Shown in pieces: positions 1-10,000 of a stretch of 38,026 nt of DNA. The position numbers were made by a program, and so were the translations under genes. The DNA comes from Bacteroidia bacterium. Lineage in GTDB: Bacteria; Bacteroidota; Bacteroidia; JABEUT01. The DNA lies in NCBI GenBank assembly GCA_035484895.1, contig DATHOL010000486.1, forward strand, positions 1-38,026, in the 5' to 3' direction. The notes under the pieces were generated by a model. That model had not been told where the DNA came from and searched no databases. It saw nothing but the letters and a program-made list of their open reading frames with translations. The first letter of the stretch is position 1, and the number at the start of each line of letters is the position of its first letter.

Positions 1-2
1 AA

Positions 3-1427
3 TTGAATAAGACTTTTGGTGAAATAAAAACAGAAATCAGCGCAGGCAAACTGGATTGCCACGCACTTGTTAAATCATACTTAAAACGTATTGAAGAAAA
101 TAAACACCTGAATGCTTTTTTAGAAGTATTCGGTGATGAGGCTTTGCTGCGTGCACAGGAAGTGGATGATAAAATGCGTAAAGGAAAAGCAGGCAGGCTG
201 GCAGGAATGGTTATTGCCATAAAAGATAATATTTGCTATAAAGGACATCGTGTTTCTGCATCTTCAAAAATACTGGAAGGCTTTGTATCGCTTTATCATT
301 CCACGGTAGTAGAAAGGCTTTTAGCGGAAGATGCCATTATTATAGGCCGCTGCAATTGCGATGAATTTGCCATGGGCAGCTCCAACGAAAAATCGGCTTA
401 TGGAAAGGTTTTAAACCCGCATGATAACAGCCGTGTACCGGGTGGTTCATCAGGTGGCTCTGCTACTGCTGTTGCGGCCGGACTTTGCACCGCTGCACTG
501 GGAAGCGATACGGGTGGCTCCATTCGCCAGCCTGCATCTTTCTGCGGCGTGTTTGGTATGAAACCAAGTTACGGTAGAATTTCACGCTATGGATTGCTGG
601 CTTATGCCTCCACATTCGACCAGATAGGGCCACTGACCAATAACATTGAAGACATGGCTCTGCTATTGGAAATAATGACCGGAAAAGACGAATACGATAG
701 CACTCTTTTACAAAAAGATTCTCCTAATTACTTCGAAGAATACAAGAAAGCGGATACGGGAAAGCTCCGTGTTGCATACATCAGTGAGTGTTTGGAGCAT
801 GAAGGATTGGACCCGGAAATAAAAGCCCAACTGGAAAAAACGATTGCATCACTCAAAGCCAAAGGACATGTGGTGGAACCCGTTTCATTTCCATTTATTG
901 ATTATGCGGTGCCAACCTATTATGTGCTGACTACTGCCGAGGCCTCTTCCAACCTTTCGCGCTATAGCGGAATAAATTACGGCCATCGGTCGAAGGATGC
1001 AAAAGACCCCGATACCGTTTATAAGAAATCGCGGTCGGAAGGGTTTGGCAAAGAGGTAAAACGGCGCATTATGCTTGGCACCTTTGTGTTGAGCACCGGG
1101 TATTATGATGCATATTATGCCCGTGGACAAAAAGTCCGGAGAATATTTGTGGAAAAGACAAATGATATATTAAAAAATTATGATTTAATTTTGCTGCCAA
1201 CAACCCCCGGAACGGCATTCAAATTCGGGCAAAATGACCTCGATCCGATAAAAATGTACCTGGAAGATATATTCACGGTTCAGGCTCCTATTACGGGTTT
1301 GCCCGCTATCTCATTACCGCTTGGCAAACATTCCAACGGATTGCCATTCGGTGTTCAACTGATGGCCCGGAAATATGACGAAATGACATTATTGGCCTTT
1401 TCCGAAATGCTCATGAACAATCAATAG
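3..1427 (+). CDS. gatA: Glutamyl-tRNA(Gln)/aspartyl-tRNA(Asn) amidotransferase subunit A
   Basis: 474-aa ORF with the amidase signature block GGSSGGSATAVAAGLCTAALGSDTGGSIRQPASFCG and a GatA-like N-terminal region (…NAFLEVF…). It begins with TTG 2 nt from the window edge, so the true start may be at or just beyond the edge. Confidence 0.9.
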   Translation: MNKTFGEIKTEISAGKLDCHALVKSYLKRIEENKHLNAFLEVFGDEALLRAQEVDDKMRKGKAGRLAGMVIAIKDNICYKGHRVSASSKILEGFVSLYHSTVVERLLAEDAIIIGRCNCDEFAMGSSNEKSAYGKVLNPHDNSRVPGGSSGGSATAVAAGLCTAALGSDTGGSIRQPASFCGVFGMKPSYGRISRYGLLAYASTFDQIGPLTNNIEDMALLLEIMTGKDEYDSTLLQKDSPNYFEEYKKADTGKLRVAYISECLEHEGLDPEIKAQLEKTIASLKAKGHVVEPVSFPFIDYAVPTYYVLTTAEASSNLSRYSGINYGHRSKDAKDPDTVYKKSRSEGFGKEVKRRIMLGTFVLSTGYYDAYYARGQKVRRIFVEKTNDILKNYDLILLPTTPGTAFKFGQNDLDPIKMYLEDIFTVQAPITGLPAISLPLGKHSNGLPFGVQLMARKYDEMTLLAFSEMLMNNQ

Positions 1428-1454
1428 TGAATATATTTACAGAAAATGTTTTGT

Positions 1455-1484
1455 AATGCAATTATTTATTTGTAAAATTGCATT
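1455..1484 (+). terminator. Hairpin downstream of gatA (9-bp perfect stem AATGCAATT / AATTGCATT, 12-nt loop)
   Basis: Read directly: arms at 1455-1463 and 1476-1484, 28 nt after the gatA stop. A+T-rich with no clear U-run, so terminator function is only inferred. Confidence 0.3.
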
Positions 1485-1522
1485 CTTCGAAACATAGTCA
1501 TTTTCTTTTCGTATATAAACAG

Positions 1523-2989
1523 ATGCTCCATAAGAAATTAAATATTGTATTATTTTTCATTGCTGCCTTGTTAACAGGGCAGGCAATTGCCATGCCGCAC
1601 GATACATTGGCAAAAAAAGATTCCGCACTTTTTGCCGATGACCCTATTGCTGCGAACCTTGATAGCCTTTCGCACCTTCACTTTTTTGAAAAGGGATATG
1701 ATTTTGTAAAATCGCCGACCTATCATTTTTCACACGATTCCATTCCCTGGTACAGCGATAAAGAGTTTGAAGACAGGATGGAAAAGCTGGATGCCAATTC
1801 TCCTTTTGACCTGGTATATAATGATGTGGTAAAGCAATACATTGAAATGTATGCCGTGCGGAAAAGAAACCTTACCTCAAGGATGCTTGCTCTTTCCAAA
1901 TTGTATTTCCCTATGATGGAACAAACACTGGACCGTTATAAAATGCCGTTGGAACTGAAATATCTTGCCGTAGTGGAGTCTGCCATGAATCCTGCTGCCT
2001 GTTCTAAGGCAGGTGCAAGAGGCTTGTGGCAGTTTATGTACACTACCGGAAAGCTTTATAATTTACAGGTTTCATCGTATGTGGATGAACGTAACGACCC
2101 CATTAAATCTACCATTGCAGCCTGCGAGTATCTTAAATTCCTGCATGGCATGTTTAATGACTGGCAATTGGCATTAGCAGCTTATAACTGCGGGCCGGTA
2201 GAGGTTAGCAAAGCTATTCGCCGTTCCGGTGGCAAAATGAATTTCTGGGAAATACGCCCTTATCTGCCGAAAGAAACCCAAGGGTATGTTCCTGCATTTA
2301 TTGCAGTGAATTATGTAATGAACTATGCCACTTCACACAATATATATCCGGGAATACCTAATGCGACATTCTTTGATGTAGATACAGTTTGTGTACATGC
2401 ACAATTATCATTTACACAAATAGCATCCTATCTGAATGTGCCTTATGATGAAATTTCTTATTTAAATCCATGCTACAAATTGGGTGTTATTCCCTTTTCC
2501 AGCGATGGCTGCTACACTGTTTGCCTGCCTGTTTCAAAAGTTGGCGCATTTGTAACCAATGAAAAATCTATTTACAACCTTATTAAAAGGGATACCCTTA
2601 GCAGCCAGCAAATGTTAGCCTTGCAGCATAACATGCCCGAAGTGGAATATCACCGGGTGAGAAGAGGTGAGCACCTAAGCACAGTCGCTAACCGATACCA
2701 TTGCACGGTACGCGAACTGAAAGAATGGAACGGATTAGCCAGCGCCGATATTCATCCGGGGCAACATTTAATGGTATATGTAAACCGCAGGGGTGCTAAA
2801 GATGCTGTTGCAAGTAAAAAGGGAAAAGCGGGTTCTAAAAAAGATGTTTACATAGTACAGAATGGCGATACCCTATATCACATATCTCAAAGCACAGGAA
2901 TCCCGATAGCTACGCTTAAAAAGCTTAATCATATAGCTGCCACAGCTAAATTGTCTCCGGGAACGAAGATAAAATTGGCTTCTAATTAA
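1523..2989 (+). CDS. Lytic murein transglycosylase (SLT domain) with two C-terminal LysM repeats, MltD-like
   Basis: SLT catalytic block LAVVESAMNP…GARGLWQFM…AAYNCG. Two LysM repeats (YHRVRRGEHLSTVANRY…EWNGL and YIVQNGDTLYHISQSTGIPIATLKKLN). Start set to ATG 1523 (MLHKKLNIVLFFIAALL, signal/anchor-like), because the TTG at 1478 lies inside the upstream hairpin. Confidence 0.85.
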   Translation: MLHKKLNIVLFFIAALLTGQAIAMPHDTLAKKDSALFADDPIAANLDSLSHLHFFEKGYDFVKSPTYHFSHDSIPWYSDKEFEDRMEKLDANSPFDLVYNDVVKQYIEMYAVRKRNLTSRMLALSKLYFPMMEQTLDRYKMPLELKYLAVVESAMNPAACSKAGARGLWQFMYTTGKLYNLQVSSYVDERNDPIKSTIAACEYLKFLHGMFNDWQLALAAYNCGPVEVSKAIRRSGGKMNFWEIRPYLPKETQGYVPAFIAVNYVMNYATSHNIYPGIPNATFFDVDTVCVHAQLSFTQIASYLNVPYDEISYLNPCYKLGVIPFSSDGCYTVCLPVSKVGAFVTNEKSIYNLIKRDTLSSQQMLALQHNMPEVEYHRVRRGEHLSTVANRYHCTVRELKEWNGLASADIHPGQHLMVYVNRRGAKDAVASKKGKAGSKKDVYIVQNGDTLYHISQSTGIPIATLKKLNHIAATAKLSPGTKIKLASN

Positions 2990-3004
2990 GTCGGATGCCC
3001 GACT
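2989..3004. terminator. Small hairpin between convergent genes (AGTCGG-atgc-CCGACT)
   Basis: 6-bp stem with 4-nt loop, overlapping the last base of the transglycosylase stop codon. No U-run. Confidence 0.2.
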
Positions 3005-3036
3005 GGCAATCTGAAGTAGATTGGGGAACTTTATTC

Positions 3037-4215
3037 TTATTTCTTCAACTCATTAATGGCCAACCAAGCCATTAAGCCCATGCCGATTTCCAATGATTTT
3101 TCATCTACGTTGAATGTAGGTGTATGCAGCCCGGAAGTAATTCCTTTGGCAACATTGCCTGTGCCCAAACGATAGAAACAAGAAGGTTTCAGATGGGAGT
3201 AGTAGGCAAAATCTTCCGAGGTCATTCTTGGTTCCAGCGCTACCACATTTTCTTTGCCTAAATATTCTTCGGCAGCGGTTTTAGTTTTAATTGTCAATTC
3301 TTCATTATTAACAAGAACCGGATAACCTTTATCAATTTTCAACTCATAGTCTCCACCCCATTTTTTAGCAATAGAAGAAACGATGTCCGTTATGGTTCTA
3401 TGCGCTTCATCGCGGCTGTTTTCATCCATGGTACGATAGGTACCTTCCAGTTTCACTTCATTCGGAATAATGTTGGTTGCTCCGTTGGCAGTCATTTTGC
3501 CAAATGCTAACACTATAGGCGACTTATTATTCTCATTATACATAAATGCACGCTCCAGTTTCAATAGTATCTCAGATGTTATTAAAAGAGGATTGATATT
3601 CCCTTTTGGAAGCGCCGCATGACCACCTTTGCCTTTAACAGTTAAATATATCTCATCGCATGCTGCCATATAGCTTCCGCTTGCGAAACCCGCTTTGCCT
3701 GTTTCCATGGATGGAAAGACGTGTTGGGCAATAATAGCTTCCGGCGTTGGATTTTCAAGCACACCTTCTTTTATAAGGATACTTGCACCACCGGGCAACT
3801 TTTCTTCACCGGGCTGAAATATGAGTTTAATGGTTCCGTTCCACTCATTGGAAAGTTCCTTCAGAATTTTTGCAGCGCCAAGCAACATGGAAGTGTGCAC
3901 ATCATGTCCGCAGGCATGCATTACTCCAACATTCTTTGATTTATAAGGAACATCATTTTTTTCTTCGATAGGCAAAGCATCTATGTCGGCCCGAAGAGCT
4001 ATTGTTTTGCCTGTTTCGTTTCCTTTCAAAATTGCAATGACACCAGTATTTGCCATACGAGTCGATGGAATACCCATTTTGTCCAAAATAGAGGCTATGT
4101 AGTCTGCGGTATTATTTTCTTTGTAAGATAATTCAGGATTTGCATGAATATGTCTTCTGTAACCTAGTACGGTTTCAAAATTATCGGAGGCAAGGGATTT
4201 TATTTTGTCAAGCAT
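3037..4215 (-). CDS. M20-family amidohydrolase (N-acyl-L-amino-acid amidohydrolase / hippurate-hydrolase-like)
   Basis: 392-aa ORF with M20D-type metal-binding blocks (…GVMHACGHDVH…, …FQPGEEKLPGGA…) and the typical length and layout of this family. Confidence 0.85.
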   Translation of the reverse strand: MLDKIKSLASDNFETVLGYRRHIHANPELSYKENNTADYIASILDKMGIPSTRMANTGVIAILKGNETGKTIALRADIDALPIEEKNDVPYKSKNVGVMHACGHDVHTSMLLGAAKILKELSNEWNGTIKLIFQPGEEKLPGGASILIKEGVLENPTPEAIIAQHVFPSMETGKAGFASGSYMAACDEIYLTVKGKGGHAALPKGNINPLLITSEILLKLERAFMYNENNKSPIVLAFGKMTANGATNIIPNEVKLEGTYRTMDENSRDEAHRTITDIVSSIAKKWGGDYELKIDKGYPVLVNNEELTIKTKTAAEEYLGKENVVALEPRMTSEDFAYYSHLKPSCFYRLGTGNVAKGITSGLHTPTFNVDEKSLEIGMGLMAWLAINELKK

Positions 4216-4231
4216 CTTAATAAAAGCTAAA

Positions 4232-4302
4232 AGCTAAGAACTAAGAGCTAAGAGTGCAAATTGACTCGATGTCCATTTACTCTTAGCTCTTAGTTCTTAG
4301 CT
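4232..4302 (-). terminator. Long perfect hairpin after gldJ (23-24-bp stem, 23-nt loop)
   Basis: 4233-4255 GCTAAGAACTAAGAGCTAAGAGT is the exact reverse complement of 4279-4301. It lies 14 nt after the gldJ stop on the minus strand and is followed there by a T-rich tail (cTTTTagcTTTTatt). The arms are built of reiterated CTAAGA/CTAAGAG words. Confidence 0.55.
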
Positions 4303-4315
4303 CTTACCTGTGAAT

Positions 4316-5857
4316 TTAGTATCGTCCGCCCGGTTTGGCAACCCCGATAGGGTTTCCAAGCCTCGACATAGCACAACGGAAGCCAATATAATCGGTTGCC
4401 TGATGTTCATCAAGGAATCGGCGTGTACCCGGACTCATCCAGAATGCACGGTGTTTCCAGTCTCCGCCTTTGTATACCCTTGCTTCATCGCTGATAAGGG
4501 TGGTGCTTCCGGTTTCATACATCAATTTCTTTCCGTGCGTGGTTCTTGCAGCTTCTCCTTCTACAAAGGATAAACTGGAATTAGGGTCACCATCGAGGAA
4601 ATCTCTTTCGTCCGATTCGTGATAATTTCTGCGGAAGGCGAGGTTATCTTCTTTGTGCTGGTTATCTACAGCTCTGTACTTCACTTCTCCGGGGATACTA
4701 ACAATATCGCTGTCGGCATCATACTGAACTGAATCCTGAATTACAATACCATCCTGGTCTTTCACCTGTGTGCTGAATTGGTTGCCGCGGAATGGTTTCA
4801 AATCAAAACCATCGTAAGGCATCATAGGCCTGTACACGTCCATAACCCATTCGCTCACGTTACCTGCCATACCATATAGACCATAATCATTTGGCCAGTA
4901 TGAGAATACAGGAGAGGTAATATCAGCAGCATCGTTCAAGTCACCTGCAACACCCATATAATCGCCCGCAGCTTTCTGGAAGTTGGCTAATTCCTGTCCG
5001 ATATATTTTTCATCAGGATTACGGGTTGCGTGTCCGTTCCAAGGATAGATACGGCGTTGAGAAATAAGTTCAAACTGGGTATTTCCAATTAAGCCCAAGG
5101 CTGCAAATTCCCATTCTGATTCGGTAGGAAGACGATAGTCAGGTAAAAAGATACCATCTTCAATTTTCACGTTTCTTCCGGCATTATTTCCGTTGCTTCC
5201 GTTTGATGGGTTATAATCAGGAAGTGGAACCTTTACTTTTCCGGCCCATTTTCCGGAGAGATATTCTTCGGTATTAAAATAATCGGCATCTGATGGAGAA
5301 GGGCTCCAATCGATAACACCTTCACGCACAAGAATATATTCATTTACCCTGTCTGTACGCCATTTGCAATAATCACTTGCCTGTAACCAGTTAACACCTA
5401 CCACAGGGTAGTTTTGGTATGATGGGTGGCGGAAATAGTATTTTACCATGTCCTCCATAAATGCGAGTTTATTTCTCCAAACAAGCGTATCAGGCAAAGC
5501 CTTGATGTATACCTGTGGGTAGTTAGGCCCGAATACTCTATTGGTCCAGTATAAATACTCCCTATAGTCAGTATTGGTTACTTCTGTTTCATCCATATAA
5601 AAGGATGAAACCGTTACACGCCTTGGCACGTTGTTCCAATCCGACATTACGTCATCCTGAACTCTTCCCTGGGTGAAGGTACCGCCTTCAATAAAAACAA
5701 GGCCGGGGCCTGTTTCCTGTTCTTCGTAGGGGTTTACTTCAAAACCGCCATTGTTGGAATCGTTGTAATTCCATCCTGTAACAGGTGACCTTTCATGGCC
5801 ACATGCACCCAGGATAAATAATCCGGCAATTCCTAGAACTTTTACGCTTTTATTCAT
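4316..5857 (-). CDS. gldJ: Gliding-motility / T9SS-associated lipoprotein GldJ (FGE-sulfatase/SUMF1-like domain)
   Basis: Lipoprotein signal (…GLFILGAC). N-terminal TGWNYND…NGGFEV block. SUMF1-type motifs (…GNVSEWV…, …GGDWKHRAF…). It sits beside porU/porV, as I recall for Flavobacterium johnsoniae. No gldL/M/N follow it, which argues against the paralogue GldK. Confidence 0.75.
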   Translation of the reverse strand: MNKSVKVLGIAGLFILGACGHERSPVTGWNYNDSNNGGFEVNPYEEQETGPGLVFIEGGTFTQGRVQDDVMSDWNNVPRRVTVSSFYMDETEVTNTDYREYLYWTNRVFGPNYPQVYIKALPDTLVWRNKLAFMEDMVKYYFRHPSYQNYPVVGVNWLQASDYCKWRTDRVNEYILVREGVIDWSPSPSDADYFNTEEYLSGKWAGKVKVPLPDYNPSNGSNGNNAGRNVKIEDGIFLPDYRLPTESEWEFAALGLIGNTQFELISQRRIYPWNGHATRNPDEKYIGQELANFQKAAGDYMGVAGDLNDAADITSPVFSYWPNDYGLYGMAGNVSEWVMDVYRPMMPYDGFDLKPFRGNQFSTQVKDQDGIVIQDSVQYDADSDIVSIPGEVKYRAVDNQHKEDNLAFRRNYHESDERDFLDGDPNSSLSFVEGEAARTTHGKKLMYETGSTTLISDEARVYKGGDWKHRAFWMSPGTRRFLDEHQATDYIGFRCAMSRLGNPIGVAKPGGRY

Positions 5858-5883
5858 GGTTTTCTATTGGTTAAGTAAAAAAA

Positions 5884-6858
5884 TTAAAAGGAAGGACAGT
5901 TAACGACTCTATAATTATGCCTTTTTCCACGGCACTGGAATTGGAACAGCAGTGACAATTCATGTGAGCCGCCTGTAGCCAATGTTAATTTTGATATGGT
6001 TACATCATAGCTGTAACCGAATTTAATATTTTTCTTGTCGATACCGATTAACAAAATTATGGCATCCTGGTTCCGATACCAGAATCCGCCCACCACAGCA
6101 CCTTTAATAGCATAAAAACCAAGGTCAAGTTGCTGGAAATTACCTTGTTTCTGGAAAAGTATGTTAGGAGATAATGTAAACTGATCTTCTGTTAAAGTAG
6201 AATGGGTGTTAATAGGTATCATTGCCCCGGCATGCGCTGTATATTTTAAGGGCAATGGGCTGGCTCCCTGAACAAATGATTCATCGGGTTGGGTAAGATG
6301 GTCGAAGGAAGCTCCGAAAAACACCTCTTTTCCATATCCTAAAATCCCTGCCGAAAAATCGGGCGAACTTACATTGGTTCTCAGTAATGTTTCCCCTGTG
6401 GTAAAAACAAATCCCCTTACAGGGTCAATCATATCTCCAAAATTAAGTTTGCTCGGGTCAATAGTCTTTTGATGGTATGTAGCTTGGAAACCAGCATTAA
6501 TTGCAAAACTCCTGCTTACATTTAACTGGTATGCGTAAATGGCGCTGATATTGTTGGTTGTAACAACTCCTGAGCCTGCTTTGTCTTGTTCTACTAAAAT
6601 ACCAATACCACCGGCCAATGCATCCACATAGCGGTCGAAAGAAGCGCTATAGGTAACAAAGTTCCCCGGAATTGCGGGCCATTCGTCACGAAAGTTTATA
6701 CAAATGCGTGGGCATCTCTCACTTCCTGCAAATGCAGGATTCAGATACAACGGATTTGCATAGAACTGCGTGAACTGCGCATCCTGGGCTGTTGAATCGT
6801 ATATAATCCCTCCTGTCATCACCAGTGTTAGTGAAGTAATTAGTAGTATATTTTTCAT
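5884..6858 (-). CDS. PorP/SprF-family type IX secretion outer-membrane protein
   Basis: Family-typical N-terminal block QDAQFTQFYANPLYLNPAFAG after a signal peptide, with beta-barrel-like alternation and a terminal …VVNCPSF. Start set to ATG 6858 (MKNILLITSLTL…) because a perfect -7 box lies inside the longer 6900 ORF. Confidence 0.8.
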   Translation of the reverse strand: MKNILLITSLTLVMTGGIIYDSTAQDAQFTQFYANPLYLNPAFAGSERCPRICINFRDEWPAIPGNFVTYSASFDRYVDALAGGIGILVEQDKAGSGVVTTNNISAIYAYQLNVSRSFAINAGFQATYHQKTIDPSKLNFGDMIDPVRGFVFTTGETLLRTNVSSPDFSAGILGYGKEVFFGASFDHLTQPDESFVQGASPLPLKYTAHAGAMIPINTHSTLTEDQFTLSPNILFQKQGNFQQLDLGFYAIKGAVVGGFWYRNQDAIILLIGIDKKNIKFGYSYDVTISKLTLATGGSHELSLLFQFQCRGKRHNYRVVNCPSF

Positions 6859-6880
6859 TGTAGTAACAGACATTAGGGAA

Positions 6881-6888
6881 CAAATGTA
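6881..6888 (-). promoter_or_regulatory. Bacteroidota -7 promoter box TACATTTG for the porP/sprF-like-gldJ transcript
   Basis: Perfect TAnnTTTG on the minus strand, 22 nt upstream of ATG 6858. Confidence 0.35.
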
Positions 6889-7038
6889 CGAAAAAAACAT
6901 ACGTTGGGTTACAAAATCAGGTATTTTTGAATCCGTACAATAATTTTAATCCTTTATAGTTTCTTAGCTCACAACCGCTTTAACAAGCTAAAATTTACCT
7001 TACTTTGCAACAGGAATACCGAACCATCTTTATTACAC

Positions 7039-10000
7039 ATGAAATTTTTAAGCCCCGTTGCATTCCTGTTTTTAGTATTTTTTTCCGCTTCTGTTCAGGC
7101 GCAAATAAGCCCTAAACAAAATCCGGTAAAGCCCAGTCAACCAAGTGTTCCAAAGATTGTTCAACCGATTAAAAACCCGGTTGCCAATGTGGCTGAAGCA
7201 CCTAAACTGCCGATCGCTGCTAAAGGGCAGATTAACCTTGTTTGGGGTAAACCTATTACGGATAATCTAACTGAGCCGAATACGGATAAAATCTTTCTCA
7301 ATTTACAAGGGGCTTTATACACCCGGAAAAATTATTATTTACCTCAATATTTTAATCATTTCAAGTTGAACGGCAATTCTAATGCGGCCACTGCCACAAT
7401 TACAAATGCTAAATATGAGCCGCTTACCGAAGCGGAATTGAAGGTTTTAGCTCCCGATGAAAAATATATTTCGGATGGTATTGAACCCGAGGTAAAAGTG
7501 GTAACCGAACACAGGGAGTTTTATGCCAATATTCAATTTATTCCTATCCGGAAAAATTTGTCGACCGGCGGGTATGAAAAACTGGTTTCTTTTTCACTGG
7601 ATGTGCATCAAAGCCACGAAGATTTCAGGGTTAAACATTCTCCCATTTCATTCGCCTCCAAATCTATTTTAAGTAACGGAAAATGGTATAAAATAGGTGT
7701 TACTTCCGATGGAGTTTATAAACTTACTTATTCGTTCCTTAAAAAGCTGGGAATTGATATGTCGGCTTTGGTTCCGGCCAACATTCGTATTTATGGAAAC
7801 GGAGGCGCTATGTTGCCTGTTTCAAATGCAGTTTACAGGCCCGATGATTTGATAGAAAATTCCATTTATGTTAACGGACAATCCGATTCCCTTTTCAAAT
7901 CAAAAGATTATGTACTTTTTTATGGACAAAGCCCGAATGTTTGGGCCTATAATTCTACCGATAAACACTTCCATCACACCGTAAATCTATATACGGATAC
8001 TACCTATTATTTTATAAATGTTGATTTAGGTAAAGGCAAAAGAATCAGCACAGAATCATCCCTGGCCTCCACTCCTACCAATACGGTTAGCACATTCGAT
8101 GATTACGCTTACCATGAATTAGATGGAGTGAATTTGATTCAATCGGGCAATAAATGGTTCGGCGAATTTTTTGAAACCACCACTCAATACACTGTTTCGT
8201 TTAATTTTCCGAATATTGATATGTCCTCCTGCGTTTATATTAAAGCTGCTATCGCTTCACGCAATATCACTACCAATGGGGTGGGGTTAAATTACTATAC
8301 TGTCAGCCCTACCTCATCCGGCGGAACCCTTGACAGTGTTCATAATGTGGATGGCAATTATACCGATTCGTATGCCCAGCTGGGCACCTGCAGTTATTGC
8401 AGCCCGCCTACCGGCAGTATTGTAAATGTATTCGTTACCAAACTAAATCCGGCTGCGGTTGGATGGCTGTATTATGTGGAGGCCAATGCCCGCAGGCAAT
8501 TAGTAATGGGAAGCCAGACCCAACTGGAATTCAGGGACAGCAAATCAGTAGGCATCGGAAATATTTCACAATTTAATGTTTCGGCTATAAATCCTATAAA
8601 GGTTTGGGATGTAACTAACCCGCAAAATATTGACAGTGTTACCTTTCTTTCAACCAATGCAGGAAATTACCAGTTTGAAGTTCCTACAGATACGTTGAAA
8701 CAATTTATTGCTTTTTCAGCTTCGTCCAAATTGATTGATAGCAATGTTACCAATTGCGGAATGGTTCCTAACCAAAACCTGCATAGCGATTCGGTAGCTG
8801 ATTTGATAATAGTAACCCATCCGCTATATCTTTCCCAAGCCAATGAATTGGCAAATTTCCATAGAAAACATGATAGCTTGCGCGTAGAAGTGGCAACCAC
8901 GCTGGAAGTATATAATGAATTTTCTTCCGGCAGGCAGGACCCCGGCGCTATCCGCGACTTTATGATGATGTTTTACAGACGCGCCGGAAACAGTTATAAA
9001 AATTCACCCAAATATTTATTGCTTTTTGGCGACGGTTCCTTCGACCCTAAGCATCGGATTTCCGGCAATAACAACTATGTGGTAACTTACGAATCGGACG
9101 AATCCTTTACCCCGGCCGGAGGAACTTATGTATCGGATGATTATTTTGTTTTACTCGACAGTACAGTAACTTCAAATCCCGAAAATGGAGCATATACCCT
9201 GGATGTTGCGGTTGGAAGGTTACCTGCGGATAATGTAACCGAAGCACAAACGTGTGTAAATAAAATAATCAGCTACGAAACACCTAACGGGCAGCCTGTA
9301 AATGCCACGCCTAACTGCTGCAACACACAAACCCAATACAACCTTGCCAATTGGAGAAACACCTTTTGTTTTATTGCCCATGACGGGAATAATGACTTGT
9401 TTCAAAACTATACGGAACCAATGGCCGGTATTATTGATTCAAACTATAAGAATTTAAATGTGAACAAAATATATTTTGATGCTTATCCTTTGGAGCAAAC
9501 ACCCGGCGGCGCCAGGTATCCAGCAGTTAATGCAGCTATTGACGCTCAAATGAACCAGGGCTTGCTTATTTTTAATTATGAAGGGCATGGAGGGCCAACC
9601 GGTTTAGGGCTTGAAAGGGTGCTTGATTTTTCCGATATCTATTCCTGGACCAATATTAATGCTCTGCCGCTCTTTTTCAATGGGTCCTGTGCATTTGGAG
9701 CATGGGATAACCCCTTGCAGGTTTCTGGCGGTGAAATTAGTGTAACGCTTGCTACAGGCGGCGTTATTGGAATGATGAGTGCAACCCGGGAGGTTTTTGC
9801 TGCACCAAATGCACTGCTAAATGATGATTTTATCGATGTTCTTTATACCCCATTGCCCGATGGAAGTTTGCCCCGTATGGGCGACCTTTTAACTGAAGCT
9901 AAAAACAAATCAGGCGGCTCTAACCTGAATAACCTGACCTTTTGCTTGCTTGGCGATCCTTCCGTAAGGCTGAATTATCCTAAATATAATGTTTATACCA

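Noticed and set aside
1478-1522. Longer N-terminal extensions offered by the ORF track: TTG 1478 (transglycosylase), ATG 6900 (porP/sprF-like), ATG 30740 (rnhA) and the non-ATG start at 36448 (S24 repressor).
   Set aside because: Each extension runs through a hairpin, a -7 promoter box or the neighbouring gene, and adds residues ahead of a good signal peptide or a homologous N-terminus. Internal starts (1523, 6858, 30890 or 30845, 36427) fit better.
4316-5857. Alternative call of GldK/PorK for the SUMF1-domain lipoprotein.
   Set aside because: No gldL/gldM/gldN follow it. The N-terminal TGWNYND…NGGFE block and the porU/porV neighbourhood fit GldJ better. It stays a possibility until a profile search is run.
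7001-7008. TACTTTGC upstream of porU as a -7 box.
   Set aside because: It is one base short of the TAnnTTTG spacing (TA-n-TTTG). Plausible, but it did not meet the standard used for the other boxes.
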